The translations under genes were made by a program, and so were the position numbers. Below, piece by piece: positions 28,701 through 38,333 of a stretch of DNA of 41,892 nt (position 1 is the stretch's first letter; the number at the start of each line of letters is the position of its first letter). The stretch is from contig CAZBZA010000001.1 in the NCBI GenBank assembly GCA_964495865.1, forward strand, positions 1 to 41,892. Reading direction: 5' to 3'. The stretch is from an uncultured Lentimicrobiaceae bacterium (GTDB lineage: Bacteria > Bacteroidota > Bacteroidia > Bacteroidales > UBA4417). The notes beneath the pieces were generated by a model. That model did not search any database, was not told where the DNA came from, and saw only the letters and a list, made by a program, of their open reading frames with translations.

Positions 28701-31700
28701 AACCTCCGATTTCGAAGCTTCCAATGTCGAATATATTACGTTCTGGCTGATGGATCCTTTTTCGGAATCTAATACTGAACTGGGCCAACGTGGTGGCGAA
28801 CTGTATTTTAACCTGGGAGATATTTCGGAAGATATTTTGCGCGACGGACGAAAATCATACGAAAACGGACTTCCTCCTACCGAAGAACTTGTTGATGTTG
28901 ACGAAACCATTTGGGGCAGGGTGCCAACCAAACAGGCCCTTACCACTTCCTTCGACAGTAAGCCTGAGTCGCGGCCTTTCCAGGATGTAGGGTATGATGG
29001 ACTAAGGACCGTTGATGAGCAGGAGTTCTTTTATGAAACAATGCTTCAAGAGATTATTGATAGACATGGAGCCTCCTCAATTGCATATTCCTCTGCAGAA
29101 GCCGATCCTTCTTCTGATAACTTCCATTCTTTTATCGGCGACGACTACGACAGCGATTCGAAATACAGCAGTGTAGTTGAACGTTATAAATTATTTAATG
29201 GTCCTGATGGAAACTCTCCTGCCAATGAGGCGGATAACTCGAATACTATAGGGCAGCGAAATCCTAACGTGGAAGACCTGAACAATGATAATACGCTTAG
29301 CGATCAGGAACGGTATTTTCAATATGTAGTTAAACTTCGTCCTGAGAAAATGGTAGTAGGCGAAAATTATATTACCCAGGTCTATGATTCGAAAGAGGAA
29401 AATCCGGTAAAACTCGATAACGGACGCACAGGCGGAGTAAAATGGTACCAGTTTAAGATACCGGTTCAGCAGCCCGATAAAGTAATTGGAGGTATTCAGG
29501 ATTTTAAATCGATACGTTTCATGCGTATGTTTTTTAAGGATTGGGATACAGCCGTCGTGTGCAGGTTTGCTTCGCTTGAACTCGAACGTGGCGAATGGAG
29601 AAAATATTATAACAGTCTGCTTACCCCGGGTGAATACGTTCCCGATCCTAACCAGGACGGAACAACTTTTGATATTTCAGCTGTAAGCGTTGAAGAAAAT
29701 TATTACAGGGATCATGTACCTTACCGCACACCTCCGGGTATTGAGCGCGAAATAAATGTAGCTACCACCAACTACATGCAGATGAACGAACAGTCCATGG
29801 TATTAAGAGCATGTAACCTGCTCGATGGCGACGCAAGAGGTGCTTATAAAACCACCGATTTCGATTTCCGCGACTATAAGAACCTTCGCATGTATATTCA
29901 CGCTGAAAAAGTTTTAGCAGATCAGGAATTACAGAAAGGTGATCTCACTGCATTTGTTAGGGTTGGTTCGGATTTTACTTCCAACTATTATGAATACGAA
30001 ATACCAATTACATTCACTGAATGGGATCAGGGATGGTCGAACCAGGAAAATGATGCTGATAAGCGAAAAATATGGCCCCTTGAGAATGAAATGAATATTG
30101 ATCTGTCAAAGTTTCTTGCTGTTAAAAAAGCACGTAACGATGAGCTGAACCGACCCGGTTCCATGATTAGTATTACCGCACCTTATTCAATTCCCGATGG
30201 CGAAAACAAGGTAACTATTGTTGGTTCGCCAAGTATGAGCGATGTTGGCGCTATGATGGTGGGTGTGCGAAATCCAAAGCGCAATCCCAAAAAACTGGAT
30301 AATGACGACGGGCAGGCAAAATGTGCCGAAATCTGGATCAACGAATTACGCCTTACCGATTTTAACGAAAAAGCCGGATGGGCTGCCAATGCACGGGTGG
30401 CTACCAATCTTGCCGATCTGGGCAGCTTAATGTTATCGGGAGCATACAGTTCGCCTGGGTTCGGAAGCATCGAAAAGAAAGTTAACGAAAGACAAAAAGA
30501 AGCAATTACACAGGTTGATATTGCAACTAACCTCGAACTTGGTAAGTTCCTGCCCGAGAAATCAGGTATCCGCATTCCGATGCATTACGACTATTCGCAA
30601 ACCATTGCCAATCCTCAGTATAATCCGCTTGATCCGGATGTTCTTTACTCCGATCAAACGGAGGATATGAACAAGACTGAGCGCGATTCGTTGCGGGAAC
30701 TTACAACCGATGTAATAAAACGGCAAAATCTTAACTTTATGAATGTGCGTAAGGATAGGGTAGGAGCTGCAAAAAAACCGCAACTCTGGGATATCGAAAA
30801 CTTCGACCTTTCTTATGCTTACTCCGAGGTAAACCGTCATAATAATGATATAGAATCCGACAATCAAAAGACGTATCGTGGAGGTATAGGCTACAATTTT
30901 GCTATAAATCCAAAAGCTGTCAAGCCATTTCAAAAAACTGTCAGGTCCAAGTCACTGGCTATCATCCGCGACTTTAATTTCTACTACCTGCCGAAACTCC
31001 TATCGATACGTACTGATATGTACCGCGATTATCAGCGGAGGTTACTTCGTAATAAAAGCGCCGCACTTATAATAATCGAACCTAACTATACCAAACAATG
31101 GGACTGGAACCGTATTTACGACATCAAATACGACTTTTCGCAATCGCTGAAATTTGATTACAGCGCCAATGTGAACTCTTATATCCTTGAACCTCCCGGA
31201 GGGTACGAAAAACAAAACAGCAATTACGAGCAATATCGCGATACCGTTTGGAATTCAATTAAAAGTGGTGGAACTATTAACAGGTTTAACCAGATGGCAA
31301 ATATCAACTATGCGGTGCCGTTTAATAAAATTCCAATCCTCAACTGGGTAACTATGAATGCCAGGTATGGTGTGAAATACCGCTGGGAAGCCTCACCTCG
31401 CTCCATACAGGCAAGGCTGGGAAATTCAATTGACAATTCGCGCGATGTTCAGGTTAATACAGGGCTGCGCCTGACGACATTGTATGATAAAGTTCCGTTA
31501 CTGAAGAAAACAAGGCTTGAACTGCAGAGCAAAGGCCAGGTTTCACCCGGCAAAATGCCCGGGCAGATGGAAAAACCCAAGGGAAAAGATAAAGATAAAG
31601 AAGCAGAGCTGGCTAGCGGAAAGGATGATCCAAAAACTGCCGCTGACAGTCTTGAGAAACCAAAGCCACAATATTTTAAAATAATCGGGCAATATACTTT

Positions 31701-33054
31701 GGGTGTACTAATGTCAGTAAAGGACGCTAACCTTACATACACCAGGTCGAACGGTATTTTGTTGCCTGGCTTTACCCCGGAACCGGGTCCGCTAGGGAAT
31801 AGCTGGGGGGATGATGCCCCTGGACTTGGTTTTATCTTCGGCAGCCAGAAAGATATCAGGTACCAAGCAGCTTCATCTGGTTGGTTAACTTCAGACCCTT
31901 CGCAGAACAATCCATATATTACACGCGCCGTGGAGAACCTTACTTTCCGGTCAACGTTGGAACCTGTGCGGAATTTAAAAATTGATGTTACTGCCGACAG
32001 GGCTTATTCCACGACCGAACAATCCAACTTTAAAGCAAACGATACAGGGGAATTTCTGGAATCAAACTTCCAGGAGCGTGGAAACTTCAGTATATCATAC
32101 ATTATTTGGCCATCATCATTTAAAAAGGATAATGATAAAAATGAAAGCCCTGTTTTCGATCAGATGCTGGGTTACCGTCTTCCAATGGCTGAGCGGATGG
32201 CAAAGGAAAATCCAAACTACAATGGAGAAGTTGATTCGGTTGGCTTCCCGGTCGGGTATGGGCCTACACAGCCACAGGTACTTCTGGCTTCGTTTATAGC
32301 TGCATATGGCGGTAAAGATCCTGAAAAGCTGGAGTTCAATGCTTTCCCTAAAATACCTTATCCTAACTGGCGGATAACATACAATGCCACACAAGGCATA
32401 AAGTCGCTACGTCAGTATTTCCAATCGTTTAATGTTTCACATGCATATCGTTCGTCCTATTCAATCGGAGGATTCATTTCGGATGTTAACTATGTCGAAG
32501 TCGGTGGGTTCCCTGCAGCGCTTGATGCAACAAAGAATTTTATTCCTGAAAAAGATATGGGTGTTGTCTCGGTTACCGAGCAATTCGGCCCATTTCTGGG
32601 ATTTGATGTGACAATGAAAAACAGTATGCTGGCCAGGCTCGAATACAAAAAAACACGCAATTTAGCATTAAGCTTTGTTAATAATCAGCTTACTGAAATG
32701 CGCAGTAATGAGTTTGTAATAGGAACCGGTTACCGGTTTAAAAGTGTTCCGTTTAAAGTTCGTTCTTTAGCTACAGGAAAAACAGTGAATCTCAAAAGTG
32801 ACTTAAATGTTAAACTCGATTTTTCGATCCGCGATAATAAAACAATTCTTCGGCGTATCGAAGAAAGGGATAACACGATTTCGACCGGTACACGACAGAT
32901 ATCGATAAATGCATCAGCCGACTATATGATCAGTCAGAAGCTGAATATCAGGCTGTTCTTTGATCAGACCATTAGTAAACCGCACGTTTCGGCGCAGATA
33001 CCAACCTCAAATACTAATGCCGGAATTTCACTTCGTTTCACTCTTGCACAATAG
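25714..33054 (+). CDS. sprA: Cell-surface protein SprA, the T9SS outer-membrane translocon
   Basis: A ~2440-aa ORF of the size and composition expected for SprA. The N-terminal region GGLYLDNPSNLKQDVIYDPVNNEYTI resembles SprA as I recall it. No ATG lies near the 5' end, so the start is TTG at 25714 or TTG at 25747. Confidence 0.85.
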   Translation: MLALHEKEFSRLKKYIRYTFRLSFFTILISLIWGVSASRGIYPRDLEQGRFLAPPDTTGPDTTLRFPLKGSENPYEVTPTGGLYLDNPSNLKQDVIYDPVNNEYTITNKIGSIDYLKPASMSFDEYRNWDTRRALDNYWRERANTSAAATRLGVIPQLKVGGELFDRVFGGNTIDIRPQGSAELIFGVISNRRDDPFISQQLRRTTNFDFDMRIQMSILAKIGDKIEFNTNYNTEATFDFENKLKLKYEGKEDEIIKLIEAGDVNMPINSSLITGSQSLFGLKTQLQFGKATVTSVFSQQQSQVENITVQGGAQTQEFSTRALDYEENRHFLLAQYFRDEYGNALATLPVVTSNIKITKIEVWITNIGSAVTENRNIVAFQDLGERNPYNQNIHPSTQQPYPDNEANDLLFLLDTTLVRDNTKVSKYLTEEKGFVSGVDYMHVTSARKLTNSEFMYNSLLGFISLNSSINPDQTLAVAYQYQLIGDDKIYQVGEFANQVSPAASCIMVKLLKSTATNTRVPLWNLMMKNVYNLGAYNINRDDFLLNILYSGNSSSVPTGFFTTGPEGIKGIPLLQIFGLDNLDPQLNPPHDGVFDFIDEAARNGGTIQSSNGRIFFPVLEPFGSYLREKINDKAFADKYCYDSLYTMTKTGAQQFPDKNKYLIEGEYKSESGSEISLNAMNVPQGSVMVTAGGVQLVEGSDYTVDYTLGRVKIINEGILNSGTPINIKLENNSMFNVFSQTLLGTHVDYKVNNNLLLGGTILHLYERPITQKTNYGDEPISNTIWGGSVNYQKNSAFITKMVDKLPFYSTKTPSKLRLDAEFAQFIPGHSKAVGSAGTSYIDDFEGAKSTISLTNIASWSIASTPQGQTSRLMFPEAAPGTELAYGYNRALLAWYTIDPTVFYNKTSNNKPPNIYPDELSRNSVRVIYENELFPNKQNEYNQPLNINIFNVSFFPTQRGPYNYDVEGKTNISKGIDVTGALLEPDTRWGGIMRKMETSDFEASNVEYITFWLMDPFSESNTELGQRGGELYFNLGDISEDILRDGRKSYENGLPPTEELVDVDETIWGRVPTKQALTTSFDSKPESRPFQDVGYDGLRTVDEQEFFYETMLQEIIDRHGASSIAYSSAEADPSSDNFHSFIGDDYDSDSKYSSVVERYKLFNGPDGNSPANEADNSNTIGQRNPNVEDLNNDNTLSDQERYFQYVVKLRPEKMVVGENYITQVYDSKEENPVKLDNGRTGGVKWYQFKIPVQQPDKVIGGIQDFKSIRFMRMFFKDWDTAVVCRFASLELERGEWRKYYNSLLTPGEYVPDPNQDGTTFDISAVSVEENYYRDHVPYRTPPGIEREINVATTNYMQMNEQSMVLRACNLLDGDARGAYKTTDFDFRDYKNLRMYIHAEKVLADQELQKGDLTAFVRVGSDFTSNYYEYEIPITFTEWDQGWSNQENDADKRKIWPLENEMNIDLSKFLAVKKARNDELNRPGSMISITAPYSIPDGENKVTIVGSPSMSDVGAMMVGVRNPKRNPKKLDNDDGQAKCAEIWINELRLTDFNEKAGWAANARVATNLADLGSLMLSGAYSSPGFGSIEKKVNERQKEAITQVDIATNLELGKFLPEKSGIRIPMHYDYSQTIANPQYNPLDPDVLYSDQTEDMNKTERDSLRELTTDVIKRQNLNFMNVRKDRVGAAKKPQLWDIENFDLSYAYSEVNRHNNDIESDNQKTYRGGIGYNFAINPKAVKPFQKTVRSKSLAIIRDFNFYYLPKLLSIRTDMYRDYQRRLLRNKSAALIIIEPNYTKQWDWNRIYDIKYDFSQSLKFDYSANVNSYILEPPGGYEKQNSNYEQYRDTVWNSIKSGGTINRFNQMANINYAVPFNKIPILNWVTMNARYGVKYRWEASPRSIQARLGNSIDNSRDVQVNTGLRLTTLYDKVPLLKKTRLELQSKGQVSPGKMPGQMEKPKGKDKDKEAELASGKDDPKTAADSLEKPKPQYFKIIGQYTLGVLMSVKDANLTYTRSNGILLPGFTPEPGPLGNSWGDDAPGLGFIFGSQKDIRYQAASSGWLTSDPSQNNPYITRAVENLTFRSTLEPVRNLKIDVTADRAYSTTEQSNFKANDTGEFLESNFQERGNFSISYIIWPSSFKKDNDKNESPVFDQMLGYRLPMAERMAKENPNYNGEVDSVGFPVGYGPTQPQVLLASFIAAYGGKDPEKLEFNAFPKIPYPNWRITYNATQGIKSLRQYFQSFNVSHAYRSSYSIGGFISDVNYVEVGGFPAALDATKNFIPEKDMGVVSVTEQFGPFLGFDVTMKNSMLARLEYKKTRNLALSFVNNQLTEMRSNEFVIGTGYRFKSVPFKVRSLATGKTVNLKSDLNVKLDFSIRDNKTILRRIEERDNTISTGTRQISINASADYMISQKLNIRLFFDQTISKPHVSAQIPTSNTNAGISLRFTLAQ

Positions 33055-33183
33055 GTTTGGCTGAGTATTAATGGGTTATTGAATCGGTTCATCTGTGCGT
33101 TATTCATAATCATTCTAAGTTCAACTATTTTTGATTGCTGCTTGCATACAATGCTTAATTTTGGCATCGAAAAACCTTATAAA

Positions 33184-33564
33184 ATGAATATTCCAGAAAA
33201 TCTTTTTTATACCAGTGATCACGAGTGGATCAGGGTCGAAGGCAATACCGGATGGGTTGGTGTTACCGATTTTGCTCAGCATCAGTTAGGCGACATCGTA
33301 TTTGTAGATGTAGCTGTTGTTGGTGAAACCTTAGCTGAAAACGAAACTTTCGGTACTATCGAAGCCGTTAAAACCGTATCGGATATGTTTATGCCGATTG
33401 AATCGGAAGTGCTCGAATTTAACGAAGCGCTCAATAATGAACCGGAACTCATTAATAAAGATCCTTATGGCGAAGGCTGGATCATAAAAGTTAATATTGC
33501 TGATGTGTCAAAAATATCAGCATTGCTTAATGCCGAACAATATAAAGCTCTTGTTGAGGCATAA
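33184..33564 (+). CDS. gcvH: Glycine cleavage system protein H
   Basis: From the ATG at 33184 the protein reads [20 protein letters not shown]...GVTDFAQ. The lipoyl-lysine motif IEAVKTVSD is present. The track's 35-codon TTG extension looks spurious. Confidence 0.92.
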   Translation: MNIPENLFYTSDHEWIRVEGNTGWVGVTDFAQHQLGDIVFVDVAVVGETLAENETFGTIEAVKTVSDMFMPIESEVLEFNEALNNEPELINKDPYGEGWIIKVNIADVSKISALLNAEQYKALVEA

Positions 33565-33969
33565 ACCATACTTGCGTTTGCAGTAAAAAGCAGGAATTCT
33601 TACTTGTATAATTAATTCTTTTCATCTTCCGAAAAGGTGATCCTTAAAGTTATTTCTGCCTTGATAGAAATAGTAATCATTCTATTGGATTGGGATGCTG
33701 TGAACTGTATTTAAGTGTTTTTACATGATTGGCAGCTCTGTGTTAACGTATAAGTGAGAGTTCACTTTTGGAGTTCTGGAGTTTTAACTCCATACCACAA
33801 ATTGTCGGGAATTATACTTAATCCCTCGATCTGTTGTGGCAATTATAGCCTGTATTCGTTTTTTAGTGTAAGAATTATTGCCTTTCACTTGAATTTGACT
33901 AAATAAATGTTGTAACTTAGCAAGTTGTTACACCAAAACATAAGTATCACATACATAATTACATAAGTA

Positions 33970-34662
33970 ATGGAACTTAAGAAATCAGAAAAGGCAGATC
34001 TTGAATCCAGGAAAGGAATATTCTTTCAAATAGGTCTTATCTTCGCAATGGCGGTTATTCTGGTCGCGTTCGAATGGAAGAGTTATGACGCAATGGATAT
34101 TGACACTATGGGTGATCAAAGAGCGATAAATGAGGTAGAAGAACTGGCGACTATTACACAGCAAAACACCCCTCCTCCTCCTCCTCCTCCTCCCGCACCT
34201 TCGATGGTGTTAAATATTGTGGAAAACACTGCCGAAATAGATGATGATATCTCCATCGATGCCGAAGCAGATGAAAATACACAGGTTGAAGAGTATAAAG
34301 CGCCTGTTATGAAACAGGTTGAAGAAGAAGAGGTTGAAGAACAACAGATTTTTATGGTTGTTGAAAACGCTCCAGCATTTCCAGGAGGCGATGCAGCACG
34401 TATGAAATTTCTTCAGGATAATATTAAATATCCACAAATGGCCCGCGAAAGTGGCATACAGGGAACTGTTTACGTTACTTTCGTTGTTGAGCGTAACGGA
34501 AATGTAACTGATGTAAAAATACTCCGTGGAATCGGCGGAGGTTGTGATGAGGAAGCTGTTCGGGTTGTACAGAACATGCCGAAATGGGAACCCGGAAAAC
34601 AACGCGGTAAACCTGTGCGTGTGCAATTTAACATGCCGATTAAATTTACTTTAGCCGGCTAA
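33970..34662 (+). CDS. Energy transducer TonB-family protein
   Basis: It has an N-terminal transmembrane helix, a Pro-rich spacer (TPPPPPPPPAP), and a C-terminal TonB domain with PAFPGG, ARESGIQGTVYVTFVV and GKPV. Confidence 0.85.
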   Translation: MELKKSEKADLESRKGIFFQIGLIFAMAVILVAFEWKSYDAMDIDTMGDQRAINEVEELATITQQNTPPPPPPPPAPSMVLNIVENTAEIDDDISIDAEADENTQVEEYKAPVMKQVEEEEVEEQQIFMVVENAPAFPGGDAARMKFLQDNIKYPQMARESGIQGTVYVTFVVERNGNVTDVKILRGIGGGCDEEAVRVVQNMPKWEPGKQRGKPVRVQFNMPIKFTLAG

Positions 34663-34684
34663 TTTTCTCCTAAAAATTTTTAAG

Positions 34685-34712
34685 CCCATCCCCAACCGGA
34701 TGGGTTTTTTTT
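34685..34712 (+). terminator. Rho-independent terminator after the tonB-like gene
   Basis: CCCATCC-CCAACC-GGATGGG is followed by T8. Confidence 0.8.
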
Positions 34713-34809
34713 ATTAACATTTATTAACATTTCTTGCGTGGTTCAAGAATGGCCGTAAATTTACCTCCTGTTCCCAGCAAATTTACATCTAACTAATCCC
34801 AATCAACGT

Positions 34810-35514
34810 ATGAAAAAAACAGTTGCCATCCTTAGTGTGTTGTTCGCTTTAGCTTCGGTGAAGGCGCAAAACCTGCAGGTACACTACGATTTCGGAGAAA
34901 ACCGGAAGTATGTTACCTCCACAGTCGAAATGTTTAAACCCGATAAATGGGGAAGCACTTTCTTCTTTATTGATATGAATTACGATGCCGATAACGGAAA
35001 AACAATAAGTCTTGCCTATTGGGAAATTGCGCGGGGAATTAAATTAGGTAAAAGTCCTTTTGCTGCGCATATCGAATACAATGGTGGATTCGGGCAATTT
35101 AATTCGACTCCTTTCAATGGTGCTTATGCTATAAATGATGCCTGGCTTGCTGGCTTAGACTACAGTATTAATAACTCGGATTTTACCAAGGGCATAACTT
35201 TCCAGGTTTTGTATAAATACATAAGGGATAAAACGGATGCTTCTTTTCAGCTAACCACAGTCTGGTATATGCATATGCTCAATAAGAAAGTATCATTTAC
35301 CGGGTTTGCTGATTTCTGGGGTGAGGAAAATAGCTTTATCGAAGGTGAAACCACATCAACCACTGATTTTGTTTTCCTTACCGAACCTCAGATTTGGTAT
35401 AATTTCACCGAAAATATCTCAGTAGGATCGGAAATTGAAATCAGTTCAAATTTCTCCGGTAACAAAGGATTTATGGTAAATCCTACACTTGCAGCTAAAT
35501 GGAACTTTAAATAA
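34810..35514 (+). CDS. Secreted, probable outer-membrane beta-barrel protein. I recall it as the Bacteroidota DUF5020 family; it may be a Tsx-like channel.
   Basis: It has the signal peptide MKKTVAILSVLFALASVKAQ and the conserved-looking block TSTVEMFKPDKWGSTFFFIDMNYD. Alternating aromatic/polar strands continue to a C-terminal F/K residue. The family name is from memory and is not verified. Confidence 0.55.
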   Translation: MKKTVAILSVLFALASVKAQNLQVHYDFGENRKYVTSTVEMFKPDKWGSTFFFIDMNYDADNGKTISLAYWEIARGIKLGKSPFAAHIEYNGGFGQFNSTPFNGAYAINDAWLAGLDYSINNSDFTKGITFQVLYKYIRDKTDASFQLTTVWYMHMLNKKVSFTGFADFWGEENSFIEGETTSTTDFVFLTEPQIWYNFTENISVGSEIEISSNFSGNKGFMVNPTLAAKWNFK

Positions 35515-35532
35515 CACTTAATACTAAATGTT

Positions 35533-36921
35533 ATGAACGAAATGCTGAATAAATTTTTTAGTCTGAAGGCTAATAATACCAATATACGTACTGAGGTTCT
35601 GGCCGGAATCACCACTTTTGTAACTATGGCTTACATTATTTTTGTAAACCCCAGTATCATAAGTATAACAGCAGGTTCCGAATTATATGGCAGTTTAACA
35701 GTTGCCACCTGTATTGCAGCAGCAATCGGAACCCTTATGATGGCACTTTATGCAAAGCTTCCATTCGCGCAAGCCCCGGGCATGGGACTTAACGCTTTTT
35801 TCGCATTCTCCATTATTCCTCTTGTTGGATACGGCGGAGCATTGTCAGCGGTATTTATTTCGGGTATCATATTTATCTTAATAACTGTACTTGGCTTTAG
35901 AGAAGTTATCGTAAAGGCTATTCCTCAAAATATAAAACTCGCTATTTCAGTCGGGATAGGCTTGTTTATAGCTTTGATTGGATGTAAAAATGCCGGGCTT
36001 ATAGTTGATAATCCAGCAACCCTGGTTGCGTTGGTTGATTTTAGCAAATTCAATGCTATGGATGCCGGTAAATTATCGGCTGAAGCTATGTCAGCAAGAG
36101 GAGCTGCCATTGCTATTTTTGGTTTGCTTGTTACGGGTATCCTTTACAAATTTAAAGTTAGGGGCTCTATACTTATTGGTATCCTGATCAGTACGGTACT
36201 CGCTTTCCCCTTGCAAATGACTTCATTACCGCACGATTTGGCTGCATGGAACATTTCTCTTTCACCCACATTATTCAAATTTGATTTTGCTGCATTAACA
36301 ACTGTAAATGGCTCAACTTCAATTTGGGGCTCAATTTTTACTGCCATCGCTATTGTGATTTCATTTACCCTGGTTGATATGTTTGATACCATTGGAACAC
36401 TTGTCGGGACAGCAGAAGGCGCCGGAATGCTTGATAAAAACGGCAATGTACCCAATATGAAAAAAGCTATGATGGCTGACGCTGTTGCTACATCAGTGGG
36501 TTCCTGCGTTGGTTCATCAACTGTTACAACGTATGTTGAGAGTAGTGCAGGTATAGCTGCAGGCGGACGTACAGGTTTAACTTCTCTTGTTACTGGTATT
36601 TTGTTCCTGCTTGCAATTATTCTGGCTCCGATTGCTGGTATTGTTCCGGCTGCTGCAACAGCGCCTGCCTTAATAATTGTAGGTGTATTTATGATGTCGC
36701 AGGTATCAAAAATTAATTTTTCCGACATCACCGAAGCTCTTCCCGCGTTTGCTGTAATAATTCTGATGCCATTTACGTACAGCATAGCAACAGGTATTGC
36801 TGCAGGTCTTATCTTCCACCCGATTCTGAAAGCGGCAACCGGAAAAGTAAAAGAAGTACATCCATTAGCCTGGATACTAGCAATACTTTTTATACTGAAA
36901 TTCACTGTTTTGCCCAAATAG
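35533..36921 (+). CDS. NCS2-family nucleobase permease (adenine/guanine/hypoxanthine type)
   Basis: Motifs NIRTEVLAGITTFVTMAYIIFVNP, APGMGLNAFF and YVESSAGIAAGGRTGLT are present, with many transmembrane segments. Confidence 0.88.
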   Translation: MNEMLNKFFSLKANNTNIRTEVLAGITTFVTMAYIIFVNPSIISITAGSELYGSLTVATCIAAAIGTLMMALYAKLPFAQAPGMGLNAFFAFSIIPLVGYGGALSAVFISGIIFILITVLGFREVIVKAIPQNIKLAISVGIGLFIALIGCKNAGLIVDNPATLVALVDFSKFNAMDAGKLSAEAMSARGAAIAIFGLLVTGILYKFKVRGSILIGILISTVLAFPLQMTSLPHDLAAWNISLSPTLFKFDFAALTTVNGSTSIWGSIFTAIAIVISFTLVDMFDTIGTLVGTAEGAGMLDKNGNVPNMKKAMMADAVATSVGSCVGSSTVTTYVESSAGIAAGGRTGLTSLVTGILFLLAIILAPIAGIVPAAATAPALIIVGVFMMSQVSKINFSDITEALPAFAVIILMPFTYSIATGIAAGLIFHPILKAATGKVKEVHPLAWILAILFILKFTVLPK

Positions 36922-36991
36922 AGGCAAAAATTTGTCGGTAAGCTTTTCGACCTGATCGACAATGTTTTGATGAATTTCACCAAATCAAACT

Positions 36992-37040
36992 GCAAATAAA
37001 GCAGCTGCACAAAAGGTAGTTGCTTTATTGCTTTTATGTT
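36992..37040 (+). terminator. Possible terminator of the permease gene
   Basis: GCAAATAAAGCA (36992-37003) pairs with TGCTTTATTGC (37021-37031), then CTTTTATGTTT. The stem is AT-rich and the loop is 17 nt. Confidence 0.4.
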
Positions 37041-37310
37041 TAACCCATTTGATTTGTCTGAAAGCCTGGTATTGTTCGGACTTACTATGCCTTAGCAGCC
37101 TTACACGCCAATGAAAAGAATTATTGGTAACATAAATAATTACTAAAATCCGGGAGGTCGTGACGCAACTGTTTGCATGATTAGGATTAAGAGTTGGGAT
37201 ATACGTTAAAAGTCGTGCCCAAAACAGGACTTTTTGGTGGTTCACGAAAGTATTATCTATGTGTGTAAACTGTTTTCTTTATCTTTTGTTTTAAAAGAAT
37301 AGCTTATTGT

Positions 37311-38291
37311 ATGAATGTATTTAAACCCGAACTATTTCAGGGGAGCCTGAAAAAAAATAATTACTTCGAAGGGTGGTATTTTAAACATGTATCAAAGGAT
37401 CTGGAACAGGTTTATTCCTTTATACCCGGAATTTCGCTGAATTCCGATAATCCTCATGCTTTTATTCAGGTAATCAATGGATTAACAGGAGAAACGAATT
37501 ATATTGAATATCCTGTTTCGGAATTTAATTTCAGTACAAAAAATTTTAGAGTTGAGGTTGGAGGATCAGTTTTTACTGCTGACAGCATGGTGTTGAATAT
37601 TAATTCGCCTCAACTTAAAGCAAACGGCAGGCTGAGTTATTCCGGAAGTGTTAAATATCCTTCATCAACACTTTCACCGGGAATAATGGGCTGGTATTCG
37701 TTCGTGCCGTTTATGGAATGTAAACACGGAGTGGTTTCGGTTACTCACCGTATCGACGGAACAATAACGGTTAACAAGAAATTACTTGATTTTTCCGGGG
37801 GGAAAGGATATATTGAAAAAGACTGGGGCAAGTCATTTCCCGAATCGTGGATTTGGTTACAGAGCAATAACTTTGAGAACTCCGATGCCTGCATCATGAT
37901 GAGTATTGCCAAGATTCCCTGGCTTGGAAGCTTTTTTACCGGCTTCCTTGGATTCCTGTATTTCGACGGTAAGTTCTTTCCTTTCAGCACCTACCATAAA
38001 TCGGAGATTACCGATCTGGGGCTGGCGAATGAAAAGCTCACTGTAAGTTTTAGAAGTAAAAAATATCATTTAAAAATTATTGCCTCGCTAAAGCAATCCG
38101 GTATACTGCTTGCCCCAAAATCGGGTAAAATGTCGCGCAGGATAAAGGAAAGTGTCGATTCGGAACTTGAAGTAGTGCTCACTGATTTGAAAGGCAATGT
38201 GCTTTTTCACGACCTTGCACACCGTGCCGGCCTTGAGGTAATAGAAGGAATTTTTGAGATAGTGAAGATAAAAACGAAGAAGCAGATCTAG
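37311..38291 (+). CDS. Tocopherol cyclase-family (VTE1-like) protein of unknown function
   Basis: YFEGWYFKHVS near the N-terminus and GKGYIEKDWGKSFPESWIWLQSNNF resemble the FFEGWYFR and EKNWG..FP..W.W.Q motifs I recall from tocopherol cyclases. Confidence 0.55.
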   Translation: MNVFKPELFQGSLKKNNYFEGWYFKHVSKDLEQVYSFIPGISLNSDNPHAFIQVINGLTGETNYIEYPVSEFNFSTKNFRVEVGGSVFTADSMVLNINSPQLKANGRLSYSGSVKYPSSTLSPGIMGWYSFVPFMECKHGVVSVTHRIDGTITVNKKLLDFSGGKGYIEKDWGKSFPESWIWLQSNNFENSDACIMMSIAKIPWLGSFFTGFLGFLYFDGKFFPFSTYHKSEITDLGLANEKLTVSFRSKKYHLKIIASLKQSGILLAPKSGKMSRRIKESVDSELEVVLTDLKGNVLFHDLAHRAGLEVIEGIFEIVKIKTKKQI

Positions 38292-38333
38292 ATTGGGTCT
38301 GCTGAAAAACTTAACCAGAATAAGGATTGGTTT

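Noticed and set aside
33565-33969. 405-bp spacer upstream of the tonB-like gene with several hairpins (for example TGGAGTT-TT-AACTCCA, CCACAA...TTGTGG)
   Set aside because: The stems are short and imperfect and match no known regulatory RNA that I recognise. It is probably an ordinary 5' region.
36144-37010. 288-aa ORF on the minus strand
   Set aside because: It is antisense to the NCS2 permease, whose motifs are unmistakable. The antisense product has no recognisable motif and biased composition.
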